A stretch of DNA of 64,000 nt, taken from Acidimicrobiia bacterium. Its GTDB lineage: Bacteria > Actinomycetota > Acidimicrobiia > Spongiisociales > JAHEDJ01. The notes beneath the pieces were generated by a model that had not been told where the DNA came from, searched no databases, and saw only the letters and a list, made by a program, of their open reading frames with translations. The stretch spans positions 1 to 64,000 of the forward strand of contig JARGFH010000009.1 in NCBI GenBank assembly GCA_029210695.1. Reading direction: 5' to 3'. Shown one piece after another: positions 1 to 8,573 of this stretch. The translations under genes and the position numbers were made by a program. Every line of letters starts with the position of its first letter. Position 1 is the stretch's first letter.

Positions 1-319
1 GAGAACGGAGATGACGGGCATCGGCCCGATCTGTCTTGGCCCGCTTCTTGCGACCCCGCAACGACGAGGTGTCCGCCGGCTCCGCCAGATGCGCCTCGAC
101 ACCGGCCGTCTCGAGTTCCTCAACCACAAACCGCCACCCGGTACAACCCTCAGTCGCGAACGACACATCGCTACGGCCGTCGAACCGACCCAACCAGGTA
201 CGGAACTCGGCCCGGTTCGCCGGTGCGATCCGCCCAACCTCGACCTCACCCGTCACGGTGTCGAGATGGTCATATGTGATCTGAGCACGATGCACGTCCA
301 AGCCGCCTACGATCGCCAT
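1..319 (-). CDS. IS110-family (DEDD) transposase/recombinase, 5' part; runs off the window edge; absent from ORF track
   Basis: Manual translation from ATG 319: MAIVGGLDVHRAQITYD...FATEGCTGW...HLAEP...RAKTDRADARHL, with the RuvC-like DEDD motifs GLDVH, E and KTDxxDA; GAAGGAG RBS upstream. Confidence 0.92.
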   Translation of the reverse strand, partial: MAIVGGLDVHRAQITYDHLDTVTGEVEVGRIAPANRAEFRTWLGRFDGRSDVSFATEGCTGWRFVVEELETAGVEAHLAEPADTSSLRGRKKRAKTDRADARHLRS

Positions 320-409
320 CAGGGATCTCCTTCGATAGCTCCGCCCCAACCCGGGGCCTTTCAGCACACAAGTGTGCATGAGCCGGAGGGGGTCCCTCAC
401 ATGTCATCT
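1..409 (-). mobile_element. IS110/IS1111-family insertion sequence, left end near 406-409
   Basis: Transposase plus about 90 bp of non-coding leader ending ...GGAGGGGGTCCCTCACATGTCATCT, followed by an abrupt switch to a tandem repeat; exact end inferred. Confidence 0.7.
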
Positions 410-455
410 GTCAGGAACCCTGTCAGGGACCCTGTCAGGGACCCTGTCAGGAACC
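408..455. repeat. 4 x 12-bp tandem repeat CTGTCAGG(A/G)ACC
   Basis: Units at 408, 420, 432 and 444; inverted partial copy CTGACAGGGT at 500-509. Confidence 0.95.
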
Positions 456-475
456 TCCAACTCGACGCTTGTCCG

Positions 476-497
476 AAATAACACTCAAATAACACTC
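476..497. repeat. 2 x 11-bp tandem repeat AAATAACACTC
   Basis: Exact copies at 476-486 and 487-497. Confidence 0.9.
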
Positions 498-601
498 CGC
501 TGACAGGGTGCCGGACCACAATCCTCCACGCCAGTCGTCGAGCCGATCCCGTCGTCGCCGTCTGCTATGACTTTGGGACGCGACGGTTGAAGGAGTCGAA
601 G

Positions 602-1729
602 ATGGCGCACATCCGAAAGAAGGGTACGGGCCAGTGGCAGGTCCGGTACCGGGACCCCTCCGGCACGGAACGAGCGCGCAACTACCGCCGCAAGGCCGAC
701 GCCGAGAAGTTCCTCGTAACGGTCGAGGCTGACAAGTTGCGCGGTACATGGGCCGACCCGCGGCTCGGAAAGATCACGTTCGGCGAATGGCTGCCCACCT
801 GGCAGGCAAGTCGGGTCCACCTCAGGCCATCGACACGAGCCGGAACCGAGTCGCTGTTGCGCAATCACGTACTCCCCTACTTCGGAGTTCGCCGCCTCGG
901 ATCGGTCACGCCGACGGAGGTGCAAGGGTTCGTTGCTCACCTCGAGGAAAAGGGGCTGGCCGCGTCAACAATCCGCCAGGCCTACCTGCTGGTCGCCGGC
1001 CTGTTCGCCTCAGCACTCGACTCGGACCTCATCGTCCGCACTCCCTGTCGTGGGATCAAGTTACCTCCAAAGTCGCAGACGGAGATGCGGTTCTTGAATG
1101 CCGACGAGGTAGCCGACGTCGCCGGTGCGATCGATGATCGGTACCGAGCGCTCGTCCTCACCGCCGCCTACACCGGTTGTCGCTTCGGTGAGCTCGCCGG
1201 CCTGCGAGTGCGCCGCCTCGATCTCCTCAGGCGGAGCCTGACGATCGCTGACACGCTTTCGGACGTGCGCGGTCAGGTCGCACTGGCTCCCCCGAAGACG
1301 GCAGCCGCACGGCGCCAGGTGGCGCTACCGAAGTTCCTCGTCGAGGAGGTGGCCCGGCACCTGAGTCAGTGGCCACCGGGTCCCGACGGGTTCGTGTTCT
1401 CGGCGCCCGAGGGCGGACCGCTGCGTCGCACAAACTTCCGGAGACGAACCTGGCTCCCGGCGGTCAGGGTCTCAGTTGGTGAGCCGCTCAGGTTCCATGA
1501 CCTCAGACATACCCACGCCGCCATGCTCATCGCCCAAGGTGAGCACCCGAAAGTCATCCAGCTGCGCCTCGGGCACTCGTCGATTCAGGTCACTCTGGAC
1601 ACCTACGGGCACCTATTCGAGGGTCTCGATGAGGCGGCTGCGGACCGGCTTGACGCCGCGTTTTTGCGGACTCCCGCGGACTTTTCGCGGACTCTTGGCG
1701 ATTCCAGCGTCTCCGAACTTCCTCGTTGA
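602..1729 (+). CDS. Tyrosine recombinase / phage-ICE integrase
   Basis: N-terminal WQVRYRDP arm-binding domain; TGCRFGE, HDLRHT and LGHS..TLDTYGH catalytic motifs; AAGGAG RBS before ATG 602; adjacent to tRNA 3' end. Confidence 0.95.
   Translation: MAHIRKKGTGQWQVRYRDPSGTERARNYRRKADAEKFLVTVEADKLRGTWADPRLGKITFGEWLPTWQASRVHLRPSTRAGTESLLRNHVLPYFGVRRLGSVTPTEVQGFVAHLEEKGLAASTIRQAYLLVAGLFASALDSDLIVRTPCRGIKLPPKSQTEMRFLNADEVADVAGAIDDRYRALVLTAAYTGCRFGELAGLRVRRLDLLRRSLTIADTLSDVRGQVALAPPKTAAARRQVALPKFLVEEVARHLSQWPPGPDGFVFSAPEGGPLRRTNFRRRTWLPAVRVSVGEPLRFHDLRHTHAAMLIAQGEHPKVIQLRLGHSSIQVTLDTYGHLFEGLDEAAADRLDAAFLRTPADFSRTLGDSSVSELPR
1666..1693. repeat. 3 x GCGGACT, putative integrase arm-type sites
   Basis: Copies at 1666, 1676 and 1687 (10-11 bp period) in the last integrase codons, next to the att/tRNA. 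Confidence 0.55.
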
Positions 1730-1735
1730 ACGACA

Positions 1736-1760
1736 GAAACCCTTGCTGCACAAGGGCTTC
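1736..1760 (-). terminator. Hairpin downstream of tRNA-Pro and integrase
   Basis: GAAGCCCTTG-TGCAG-CAAGGGTTTC on the minus strand, followed by TGTCGTT. Confidence 0.55.
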
Positions 1761-1763
1761 CGC

Positions 1764-1840
1764 TGGTCGGGCTGGCCGGATTTGAACCGGCGACCTCTTG
1801 ACCCCCAGTCAAGCGCGCTGCCATGCTGCGCCACAGCCCG
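1764..1840 (-). tRNA. tRNA-Pro(GGG)
   Basis: CGGGCTGTGGCGCAGCATGGCAGCGCGCTTGACTGGGGGTCAAGAGGTCGCCGGTTCAAATCCGGCCAGCCCGACCA; cloverleaf, GGTTCAAATCC T-loop, encoded CCA. Confidence 0.97.
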
Positions 1841-1899
1841 TGGACATACGATCATACCCGACTCAGTGGGAGGAAAGGCCCAGCGATCAACGACCGCCT

Positions 1900-2043
1900 T
1901 CACCAGGGGCAGGTTCCCCAATCGAAGAGCCAGTCCCCGACACAGATGACTCCCTCGACTGCCCGGAGGGTCAGATAGAGGCCGACGATGGTGAGCGTGA
2001 GGATGTAGCCGAACGGCGGTCGCCGTCGCTCGGACTCAGGCAT
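1900..2043 (-). CDS. Small membrane protein (47 aa), not in ORF track
   Basis: MPESERRRPPFGYILTLTIVGLYLTLRAVEGVICVGDWLFDWGTCPW; start overlaps der stop; one hydrophobic helix. Confidence 0.55.
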   Translation of the reverse strand: MPESERRRPPFGYILTLTIVGLYLTLRAVEGVICVGDWLFDWGTCPW

Positions 2044-3358
2044 CGTCACCTTTTTGCGAACGGCGGCGGGCGACGAGCTTGACGGGCGTCCCGGTGAAAT
2101 CTGCGACGCCCCGGATGCGATGCTCGAGGAAACGGAGGTAGTCGTCGCCTATCAATCCTCCGCCGACGAACACGACAATGGTCGGAGGTTCGGCACCCGC
2201 CTGAACGGCATACACGATATGCGGCCGCCGCCCCTTCCGCACCGGCGGCGGATGGGCGGCGTGCCACTCGCGAATCTGACGATTGAGCAGACTGGTCGAC
2301 AGCCGTCGCCCCCTGTTCTCCAGGACGAGTTCGAGTGTCTTGGCCAGCCGGTGGAGCCGGGCGCCGGTTTTGGCCGAGATGCGCAACACCGGAGCCCATG
2401 CGATGAACTGGAGTCGTCTCGCCACCGCGTCCTCGGTGGCCTCTCGTTGCTCGAGATCGGCAATATCCCATTTGTTCAGCAGGACGATCAGGCCGGCGCC
2501 CCCGCCGGCGGCTTCCTCGGCGATCCGCTGATCCTGCTGGGTTACGCCCTCAACGGCGTCGATGATCAGCAGCGCGACATCGGCTGCGGCCAGTACTTCG
2601 CGGGCCCGCACGACTGAGTAGTACTCGGTGGTTTCCTTGACCTTGGGGGCACGGCGGATTCCTGCCGTGTCGACGATGGAGTATTCGATGCCGCCGAGTT
2701 CGACGACCGCATCGATGGGGTCGCGGGTCGTGCCGGGAACGGGTGATACCAGTACCCGGTCATCCTTCAACAGCTGATTCAGCAATGTGGATTTACCGAC
2801 GTTCGGACGCCCAACGATGGCGAGCTTCGGCAGCGGTGACACCGCCGGCAACTCGTCGAGGTCGGGGAGATGATCGACAATGCGGTCGAGCAGGTCGCCG
2901 GTCCCGCGCCCGTGGAGCGCAGAGACACCTATCGGTTCGCCAAGGCCGAGGCTCCAGAGTTCGGGAACGTCGAACTCGCGAGCCGCGTCGTCGACCTTGT
3001 TGGCAACGACGATGACGCGATCCGGCGTGGCGCGCAGCAGCGAGACGACGCCTAGGTCGTCGCCCCCGACCGCCGTCGAGGCGTCCACAACGAAGAGCAC
3101 GACGTCTGCGCTCGCCAGAGCCGCTTCGGCCTGCCCTGAGATGTCGGTGGCGAGTTCGTCTCCTGCTACCTGCCATCCACCCGTGTCGATGAGGAGGAAC
3201 TGGCGACCGTTCCAATCGGCGGCGAACTCGCGCCGATCACGCGTCACGCCCGGCCGTTCTTCGACCACCGCAGAGCGGCGACCGATGATCCGGTTGATGA
3301 GTGTTGACTTACCTACGTTCGGGCGACCTACAACGGCCACAATGGGGAGGCGGGACAT
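2036..3358 (-). CDS. der: Ribosome biogenesis GTPase Der (EngA)
   Basis: Two GRPNVGKSTL P-loops, DTGG/DTAG and NKVD/NKWD motifs; start set at MSRLPIVAV. Confidence 0.97.
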   Translation of the reverse strand: MSRLPIVAVVGRPNVGKSTLINRIIGRRSAVVEERPGVTRDRREFAADWNGRQFLLIDTGGWQVAGDELATDISGQAEAALASADVVLFVVDASTAVGGDDLGVVSLLRATPDRVIVVANKVDDAAREFDVPELWSLGLGEPIGVSALHGRGTGDLLDRIVDHLPDLDELPAVSPLPKLAIVGRPNVGKSTLLNQLLKDDRVLVSPVPGTTRDPIDAVVELGGIEYSIVDTAGIRRAPKVKETTEYYSVVRAREVLAAADVALLIIDAVEGVTQQDQRIAEEAAGGGAGLIVLLNKWDIADLEQREATEDAVARRLQFIAWAPVLRISAKTGARLHRLAKTLELVLENRGRRLSTSLLNRQIREWHAAHPPPVRKGRRPHIVYAVQAGAEPPTIVVFVGGGLIGDDYLRFLEHRIRGVADFTGTPVKLVARRRSQKGDDA

Positions 3359-3544
3359 AGTGGGACGGATGGTACTCGGACGGGCGACTACCTCTGTTTC
3401 CCACCGACAAGCATGCGGGGATACTCCGTAGTCACACGGAACGCTGAGGTCAACGGTCGATGCCTGCAGCCTGAGGCCTACTGCCTGACGCGGACTCTCC
3501 GCCGGCTTCCACCTGTATCGCCCGGAGTGACCTAGCCTTGTTTC

Positions 3545-4594
3545 ATGTCCCCATCCACCGTCCTTCTCGCAGAACCGCGCGGGTTCTGTGCCGGTGTCGA
3601 GATGGCGATCAAGGCCCTCACCTGGATGGTGCGGGTGTTCGAACCGCCGGTCTACTGCTTCCATGACATTGTCCACAACCGCTGGGTCGTGAAGGCCTTC
3701 GAGGATGTTGGCGTGATCTTTGTGGACGACATCGATGACGTTCCGGCCGGAGCGCCTGTGATGTTGTCTGCTCACGGTTCCGCCCCGGAGGTGGTTTCCA
3801 ATGCAGAAGCGCGAGCGGGCATCGTTGTCGACGCCGTGTGCCCTCTCGTCACGAAAGTGCATCACGAAGTACGGCGCATGGCCGACCGCGGGTTCGAGAT
3901 CATCTACGTCGGACATGCGGGCCACGATGAGGCCATCGGCACCGTAGCCGAGGCTCCCGAGGCGATCACGCTGGTCGAACCCGAAACAGGTCTAACCGAT
4001 TTCGCGCCGGCGGATCCGTCGAAGGTGGCTCTCCTGGCGCAGACGACGCTCGGGGTGCATGAATGGCAGGCCGTACTCGATGAGGCGCGGCGCTCATTCC
4101 CAGCGGTGTCGATGGCCCGGAAGAGTGATCTTTGCTATGCCACGACGAACCGACAAGACGCCGTGCGGGCTCTGGCTGAGTCGGCCGACCTGATCCTGGT
4201 GGTCGGATCGGAATCATCCTCCAACACTCGCGCTCTCGTCCGCGTCGCCAGAGAGGGTGGAGTCGCCGCCTATCGGATCGACGACGCCGACTCCATCGAA
4301 GACACCTGGATCGACGCGGCAACTGTGGTCGGCCTCACTGCCGGGGCTTCGGCGCCGGATCATCTCGTCCAGGAGGTCATCGATCGCATCAACCCTCGTG
4401 ATGGTGTGCGCCTGCTGTCGGTGACGGAGGAAGGCGAGTACTTCCCGCTCCCACCACAATTACGGTCGCTGCTGCGCGCTCTGCAGCAGACGGTGGAGGC
4501 GGGGTTCGGGGCGCGACCGTCGGTTGTACCGGGTCCGCTCGATCGAGATGTCGATTGGAACGCCACGGAGGCGCTGGCCGCCATCAGTCGCTAG
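3545..4594 (+). CDS. ispH: 4-hydroxy-3-methylbut-2-enyl diphosphate reductase
   Basis: PRGFCAGV, SAHG, DAVCPLVTKVH, CYATTNRQ, TAGASAP. Confidence 0.97.
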   Translation: MSPSTVLLAEPRGFCAGVEMAIKALTWMVRVFEPPVYCFHDIVHNRWVVKAFEDVGVIFVDDIDDVPAGAPVMLSAHGSAPEVVSNAEARAGIVVDAVCPLVTKVHHEVRRMADRGFEIIYVGHAGHDEAIGTVAEAPEAITLVEPETGLTDFAPADPSKVALLAQTTLGVHEWQAVLDEARRSFPAVSMARKSDLCYATTNRQDAVRALAESADLILVVGSESSSNTRALVRVAREGGVAAYRIDDADSIEDTWIDAATVVGLTAGASAPDHLVQEVIDRINPRDGVRLLSVTEEGEYFPLPPQLRSLLRALQQTVEAGFGARPSVVPGPLDRDVDWNATEALAAISR

Positions 4595-4604
4595 GGCTAC
4601 TCGA

Positions 4605-6551
4605 TCAGCGGTGCTTCCGTTGCTGAGCCTCGGTCACGATCACGTCAACGACTTGCTCGATTGTGAGATCAGACGTATCGAGCACCAGCGCGTCTGCGGC
4701 TGCCGTCAGCGGCGAGTCCTTGCGCGACGAATCAATAGAGTCCCGACGCTCGAGATCTCCGGCCACCCGCTCTATGTCGGTTCGATCGTGCTCCGTGGCG
4801 CGCCGCCGGGCACGTATCTCCCGGCGGGCGGTCAGGTACACCTTGAGATCGGCATCCGGGAACACGACGGTGCCGATATCCCGACCTTCAACTACGGCAC
4901 TACCGCCATGCTCCCTCACCCACTCCCGTTGGGCCGCCACCATGAGCCGACGCACCTCAGGGATTGCAGAAACGGGACTTGCCGCCCGGGTCACCGGGTC
5001 GGTACGGATCTCCGCGCTGACATCGCGTTCGTCGACCAACATGAGTCCGCCGCGGTAGCCGTATTCGTGGCGATTGACCTCAGCGATGACTGCCGGCGAA
5101 TCATCGGGGTCGATCCCCGCTTCCACCGTCACCAGGGTCGCAGCCCGGTAGAACGCACCCGTGTCGAGGTGCGGGATGCTGAGCCTTTCACCAACTGCCC
5201 GGCTGACGGTCGTCTTGCCGGAACCGCCGGGACCGTCGAGTGCGATGATGACGCCCATGGGGTCAGGAACCCTAGTCGCGTCGACGGTGATCCCATCCAG
5301 AGCATCGAAGAAGCCCGGCCACGTCTTTGCCACACACCCGGAATCGAGAATCGTCATCCCCGGCGCGACCAGTCCTGCCACTGCGAAGGACATTGCGATC
5401 CGGTGGTCGTCGTAGGGTTCGATCTCGCCTCCGTGCGGCCGGCCACCCTCCACGCTGATCGAGTCGGAAGTTGTCCTGGCAGTGATCCCGATCGACGCCA
5501 GTTGCGCCTCCAAGGCAATCAAGCGATCCGACTCCTTGATGCGGAGGTTTCCGATATTGCTGATGATCGATTCACCGTCGGCGAATGCACAGACCACCGC
5601 CAGCATGAGCGCCGCGTCCGGTGCGGAACCCATATCGCGTCTTACCGGGCGCAACCTTTCCGGACCGTGAACCTGCACTCCCCCGCTTGTCCAATCGACA
5701 CCACATCCCATTTCTTCCAGGACATCGAAGAACATCCGGTCTGCTTGTTGCGATTTTTGGGAAAGACCCTCGATCCGAATGTCTCCGCCGGTGATGGCGG
5801 CGGCCGCCGCCGGATACACCGCAGCCGAGAAATCGGGCTCGATCGCGAAATCCGTACCCGAATACCCGGTTGAACCGTGTACGAACAACTCGGGGCCGGG
5901 CCGCAGTTCGACGATGGCGCCGAACCGAGTCATGACGTCGATGGTCATCTCGATGTAGGGCCGGGACACCAGCAAGTCGTCGACGAAGCTGATCGTCGTG
6001 TCACCGGCCAGGCGCGGTGCAATCAACGCCACCGCCGAGACGTACTGACTCGACTTCGCCGCATCCATGGTGATCGAGCGACCTACCGGTTGCCTGTCGC
6101 CGACCCGGAGCGGTGGACCGGCACCGTCCCCCAGCATCTCGATCTCCGCCCCGAGCGCAATGAGAGCGTCCACCAGGTCGGTGATCGGTCGGCTGCGCAT
6201 CCTTTCACTCCCGTCGATCACTACCGCACCCGGCACGAGTACGCCCAGCGCGGTGATGAACCGGGCGGTCGTCCCGGACGCTCCGACCTCGAGGCGACCT
6301 GTCGGAGTGGACAGGCGACCGCCGGAGCCGTGCACGCTCCACGCCGCCGGGTCCCCATCTTCGATCGTCACACCCAGAGCGCGAAGGCACCCCCGCATGG
6401 CCGACGTGTCCTCGGCATCGAGAGGCCGTCGCAAGACGCTTCGTCCGATAGCCAGTGCCGCAGTCACCAGTGCACGATTGGTGAGACTGCGCGATCCTGG
6501 AATCTGGAGTGACCCAACCGCTCTTCCGGGTCGCACCGTACGGTTCATCAC
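4605..6551 (-). CDS. aroA: Bifunctional EPSP synthase (AroA) - cytidylate kinase (Cmk) fusion
   Basis: PGSRSLTNRA, SSQYVS, LRIKESDR, DDHRIAM, CVAKTWP, then IALDGPGGSGKTT, LDTGAFYRA and EGRDIGTVVFP in one frame. Confidence 0.93.
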   Translation of the reverse strand: MMNRTVRPGRAVGSLQIPGSRSLTNRALVTAALAIGRSVLRRPLDAEDTSAMRGCLRALGVTIEDGDPAAWSVHGSGGRLSTPTGRLEVGASGTTARFITALGVLVPGAVVIDGSERMRSRPITDLVDALIALGAEIEMLGDGAGPPLRVGDRQPVGRSITMDAAKSSQYVSAVALIAPRLAGDTTISFVDDLLVSRPYIEMTIDVMTRFGAIVELRPGPELFVHGSTGYSGTDFAIEPDFSAAVYPAAAAAITGGDIRIEGLSQKSQQADRMFFDVLEEMGCGVDWTSGGVQVHGPERLRPVRRDMGSAPDAALMLAVVCAFADGESIISNIGNLRIKESDRLIALEAQLASIGITARTTSDSISVEGGRPHGGEIEPYDDHRIAMSFAVAGLVAPGMTILDSGCVAKTWPGFFDALDGITVDATRVPDPMGVIIALDGPGGSGKTTVSRAVGERLSIPHLDTGAFYRAATLVTVEAGIDPDDSPAVIAEVNRHEYGYRGGLMLVDERDVSAEIRTDPVTRAASPVSAIPEVRRLMVAAQREWVREHGGSAVVEGRDIGTVVFPDADLKVYLTARREIRARRRATEHDRTDIERVAGDLERRDSIDSSRKDSPLTAAADALVLDTSDLTIEQVVDVIVTEAQQRKHR

Positions 6552-7264
6552 CTCACCGAAGCTTCATAGAGTGACCGGACCTCTTCGATAGTCAGCCGCC
6601 GCCACTCTCCCTCTCGTAGATTCCCATCCCTCAGTGGACCGATCGCCGTCCGAAACAGGGCGGTCACCGAACAACCGATCGCTTCGCACATCCGCCTCAC
6701 CTCGCGCTTGCGTCCTTCGCCCATGATGACCTCGAGCATGGTCTTGCCGCCTATCGACTCGACGATCCTGGCCGCAACCGCCTGCGCCGGACCGTCATCG
6801 AGTTGCACGCCCTGGGTCAAGCTACGGACTTCCGCCGTCCGGGGGCTGCCCTCCACCAGCACCGTGTAGGTCTTCGTCACTCCGTGACTCGGATGGGTGA
6901 TGCGTTGGGCGAGGTCGCCGTCATTCGTCAGCAACAGCAACCCTCCCGAGTCCTGGTCGAGACGCCCAACCGGGAACACCCTGGGCTCTGACGGCACCAG
7001 GTCGACTACGGTCGCGCGGCCGTGCGTGTCTTCAGCTGTGCTGATCACTCCTGCCGGCTTGTTGAGTAGGTAGTAGACGAGCCCCGGGGCGATCGGGAGT
7101 GCGATGCCGTCGATCTCGACCTTTTCCTCATTGGTCTCGATCTTCTGCCCGAGGTGCGCGACGACACCGTCGACGGTTATGCGGCCCGCCCGAATCAACT
7201 CCTCAGCAGCTCGCCGCGAACATAGTCCCGACCGCGCTACCACTTTCTGAAGTCGCTCGTTCAA
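6548..7264 (-). CDS. rluB: rRNA pseudouridine synthase (RluB/RsuA family)
   Basis: S4 domain ERLQK..SRRAAE, LNKPAG, PVGRLD, EGRKREVRRM. Confidence 0.9.
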   Translation of the reverse strand: MNERLQKVVARSGLCSRRAAEELIRAGRITVDGVVAHLGQKIETNEEKVEIDGIALPIAPGLVYYLLNKPAGVISTAEDTHGRATVVDLVPSEPRVFPVGRLDQDSGGLLLLTNDGDLAQRITHPSHGVTKTYTVLVEGSPRTAEVRSLTQGVQLDDGPAQAVAARIVESIGGKTMLEVIMGEGRKREVRRMCEAIGCSVTALFRTAIGPLRDGNLREGEWRRLTIEEVRSLYEASVR

Positions 7265-7806
7265 GGTTTGAAGGTTTCCTCGAGCGACTCAACCACCGTC
7301 GCCGCCGGTACGTGGTCTGCCAGCGGCGGTAGGTCGCCGAGCGATTGCAGGCCCATCTTCTCGAGGAACAGGTCCGTGGTGCCGTAGACCGCCGGATTGC
7401 CCGGGAGCGCCAGTCGCCCCATTTCGACGATCAGCCCACGTCTGGCGAGTGTGTGCAAAGCCGATTCGGCATCCACTCCTCGTACTTCGGACACCTGCGA
7501 CCGGGACACCGGTTGCTGATAGGCGACGATCGCAAGAGTTTCGAGTGAAGCTTGAGAGAGCCGGGTGGCGGTGGCAGTCGTTGCGAATCGATCGAGATAT
7601 GCGTAGGCGTCCGGCGACGTGTAGAGGCGCCACCCACCGCCGACGCTCCTCAGCTCCAGACCGCGATCGGTCAAGCGGTCCGCCAACACGTCGAGTTCGG
7701 AGCGAACCTCTGATACAGGAAGTTCTAGAACTTCGGCCAGTTCCTCGATCGGGACGGGTGACTCGGCAACGAACAGGATCGCTTCGAGAATCGATGGAAC
7801 ATCCAT
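7261..7806 (-). CDS. scpB: SMC-Scp complex subunit ScpB
   Basis: LEAILF, LSQASLETLAIVAYQQPV, YGTTDLFL; TAATG overlap with scpA. Confidence 0.95.
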   Translation of the reverse strand: MDVPSILEAILFVAESPVPIEELAEVLELPVSEVRSELDVLADRLTDRGLELRSVGGGWRLYTSPDAYAYLDRFATTATATRLSQASLETLAIVAYQQPVSRSQVSEVRGVDAESALHTLARRGLIVEMGRLALPGNPAVYGTTDLFLEKMGLQSLGDLPPLADHVPAATVVESLEETFKP

Positions 7807-8564
7807 TACCGACTCCATTCACTCACGCGCGGGTCGCCATCCCCGGTATGACGTATGTCAATGGGCGAAAGCCAGTCATCCTGTGCGATGTCGACCAGTC
7901 CCCACCTGGCGAGTTCGAGCAGCGCCAGGAAATACGCCACGACTTCCACCTTGCGAGTGCAATGCGCTACGACATCATCGAAGGTGGTCTCGGCCAGCGA
8001 GGCGATCCTGGCCCGAAGCTCATCGATGGCATTCTCCACCGAGGGCAAATCGAGGTCGAGATGGTCGAGATCGAGCTCGGAGGGCCGCTCGGTAAAGACA
8101 CGATGGGCCAGTGACACAAAACCGTTCAGGTCGAGCGGGATTCGCACTTCCGGCGGGTTGGCGGCGAGATCGGGATCGGAACCGGCACGCCGTTCGACGT
8201 ACCGGTTGTTCGCCATGAACCTGTGCCCGAGCACCGCCGCAACGTCCTTGAATGTGACACATTGCAGCAACCGGGTGATCAGTCGATCCCGCTCTTCCAT
8301 CAAAGCCAGTTCCTCGTCGAGGTCGACCTCAATATCGTCCGGGAGCAGATGGCGGGCCTTCAATTGAATCAGAGTGGCAGCGATGAGCAGGAACTCACTG
8401 GTGACGTCGAGATCGAGTTGCCTCATCTCGTGGATGAACGAGACGTACTCCGATACGAGATCGATCAAGCTCAGGCCGGTGATGTCGACTTGATGCCGGG
8501 TCACGAGTTGGAGTAGGAGGTCAAGCGGTCCCTCGAACACGGCCGTTTTCACTTCATACGTCAT
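7806..8564 (-). CDS. scpA: Segregation and condensation protein ScpA
   Basis: FEGPLDLLLQL, EFLLIAATL, FLALLEL. Confidence 0.95.
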   Translation of the reverse strand: MTYEVKTAVFEGPLDLLLQLVTRHQVDITGLSLIDLVSEYVSFIHEMRQLDLDVTSEFLLIAATLIQLKARHLLPDDIEVDLDEELALMEERDRLITRLLQCVTFKDVAAVLGHRFMANNRYVERRAGSDPDLAANPPEVRIPLDLNGFVSLAHRVFTERPSELDLDHLDLDLPSVENAIDELRARIASLAETTFDDVVAHCTRKVEVVAYFLALLELARWGLVDIAQDDWLSPIDIRHTGDGDPRVSEWSR

Positions 8565-8573
8565 GATCGGCGC

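Larger units (their letters stand above)
1..1763. mobile_element. Right end of an integrative element/genomic island inserted at tRNA-Pro
   Basis: Integrase converges on the tRNA 3' end; IS cargo; other att site not in window. Confidence 0.75.

Noticed and set aside
11..481. 156-aa plus-strand ORF
   Set aside because: Antisense shadow of the IS110 transposase running into the repeat array
408..497. CRISPR-like array
   Set aside because: Repeats are contiguous 11-12-mers with no spacers and no cas genes
565..590. tRNA-Pro-like fragment (TTTGGGACG) as a second att site
   Set aside because: Too short, on the wrong strand and no real match to the tRNA at 1764-1840
3359..3925. N-terminal extension of Der in the ORF track
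   Set aside because: Overlaps ispH on the opposite strand; the GTPase domain begins at 3358
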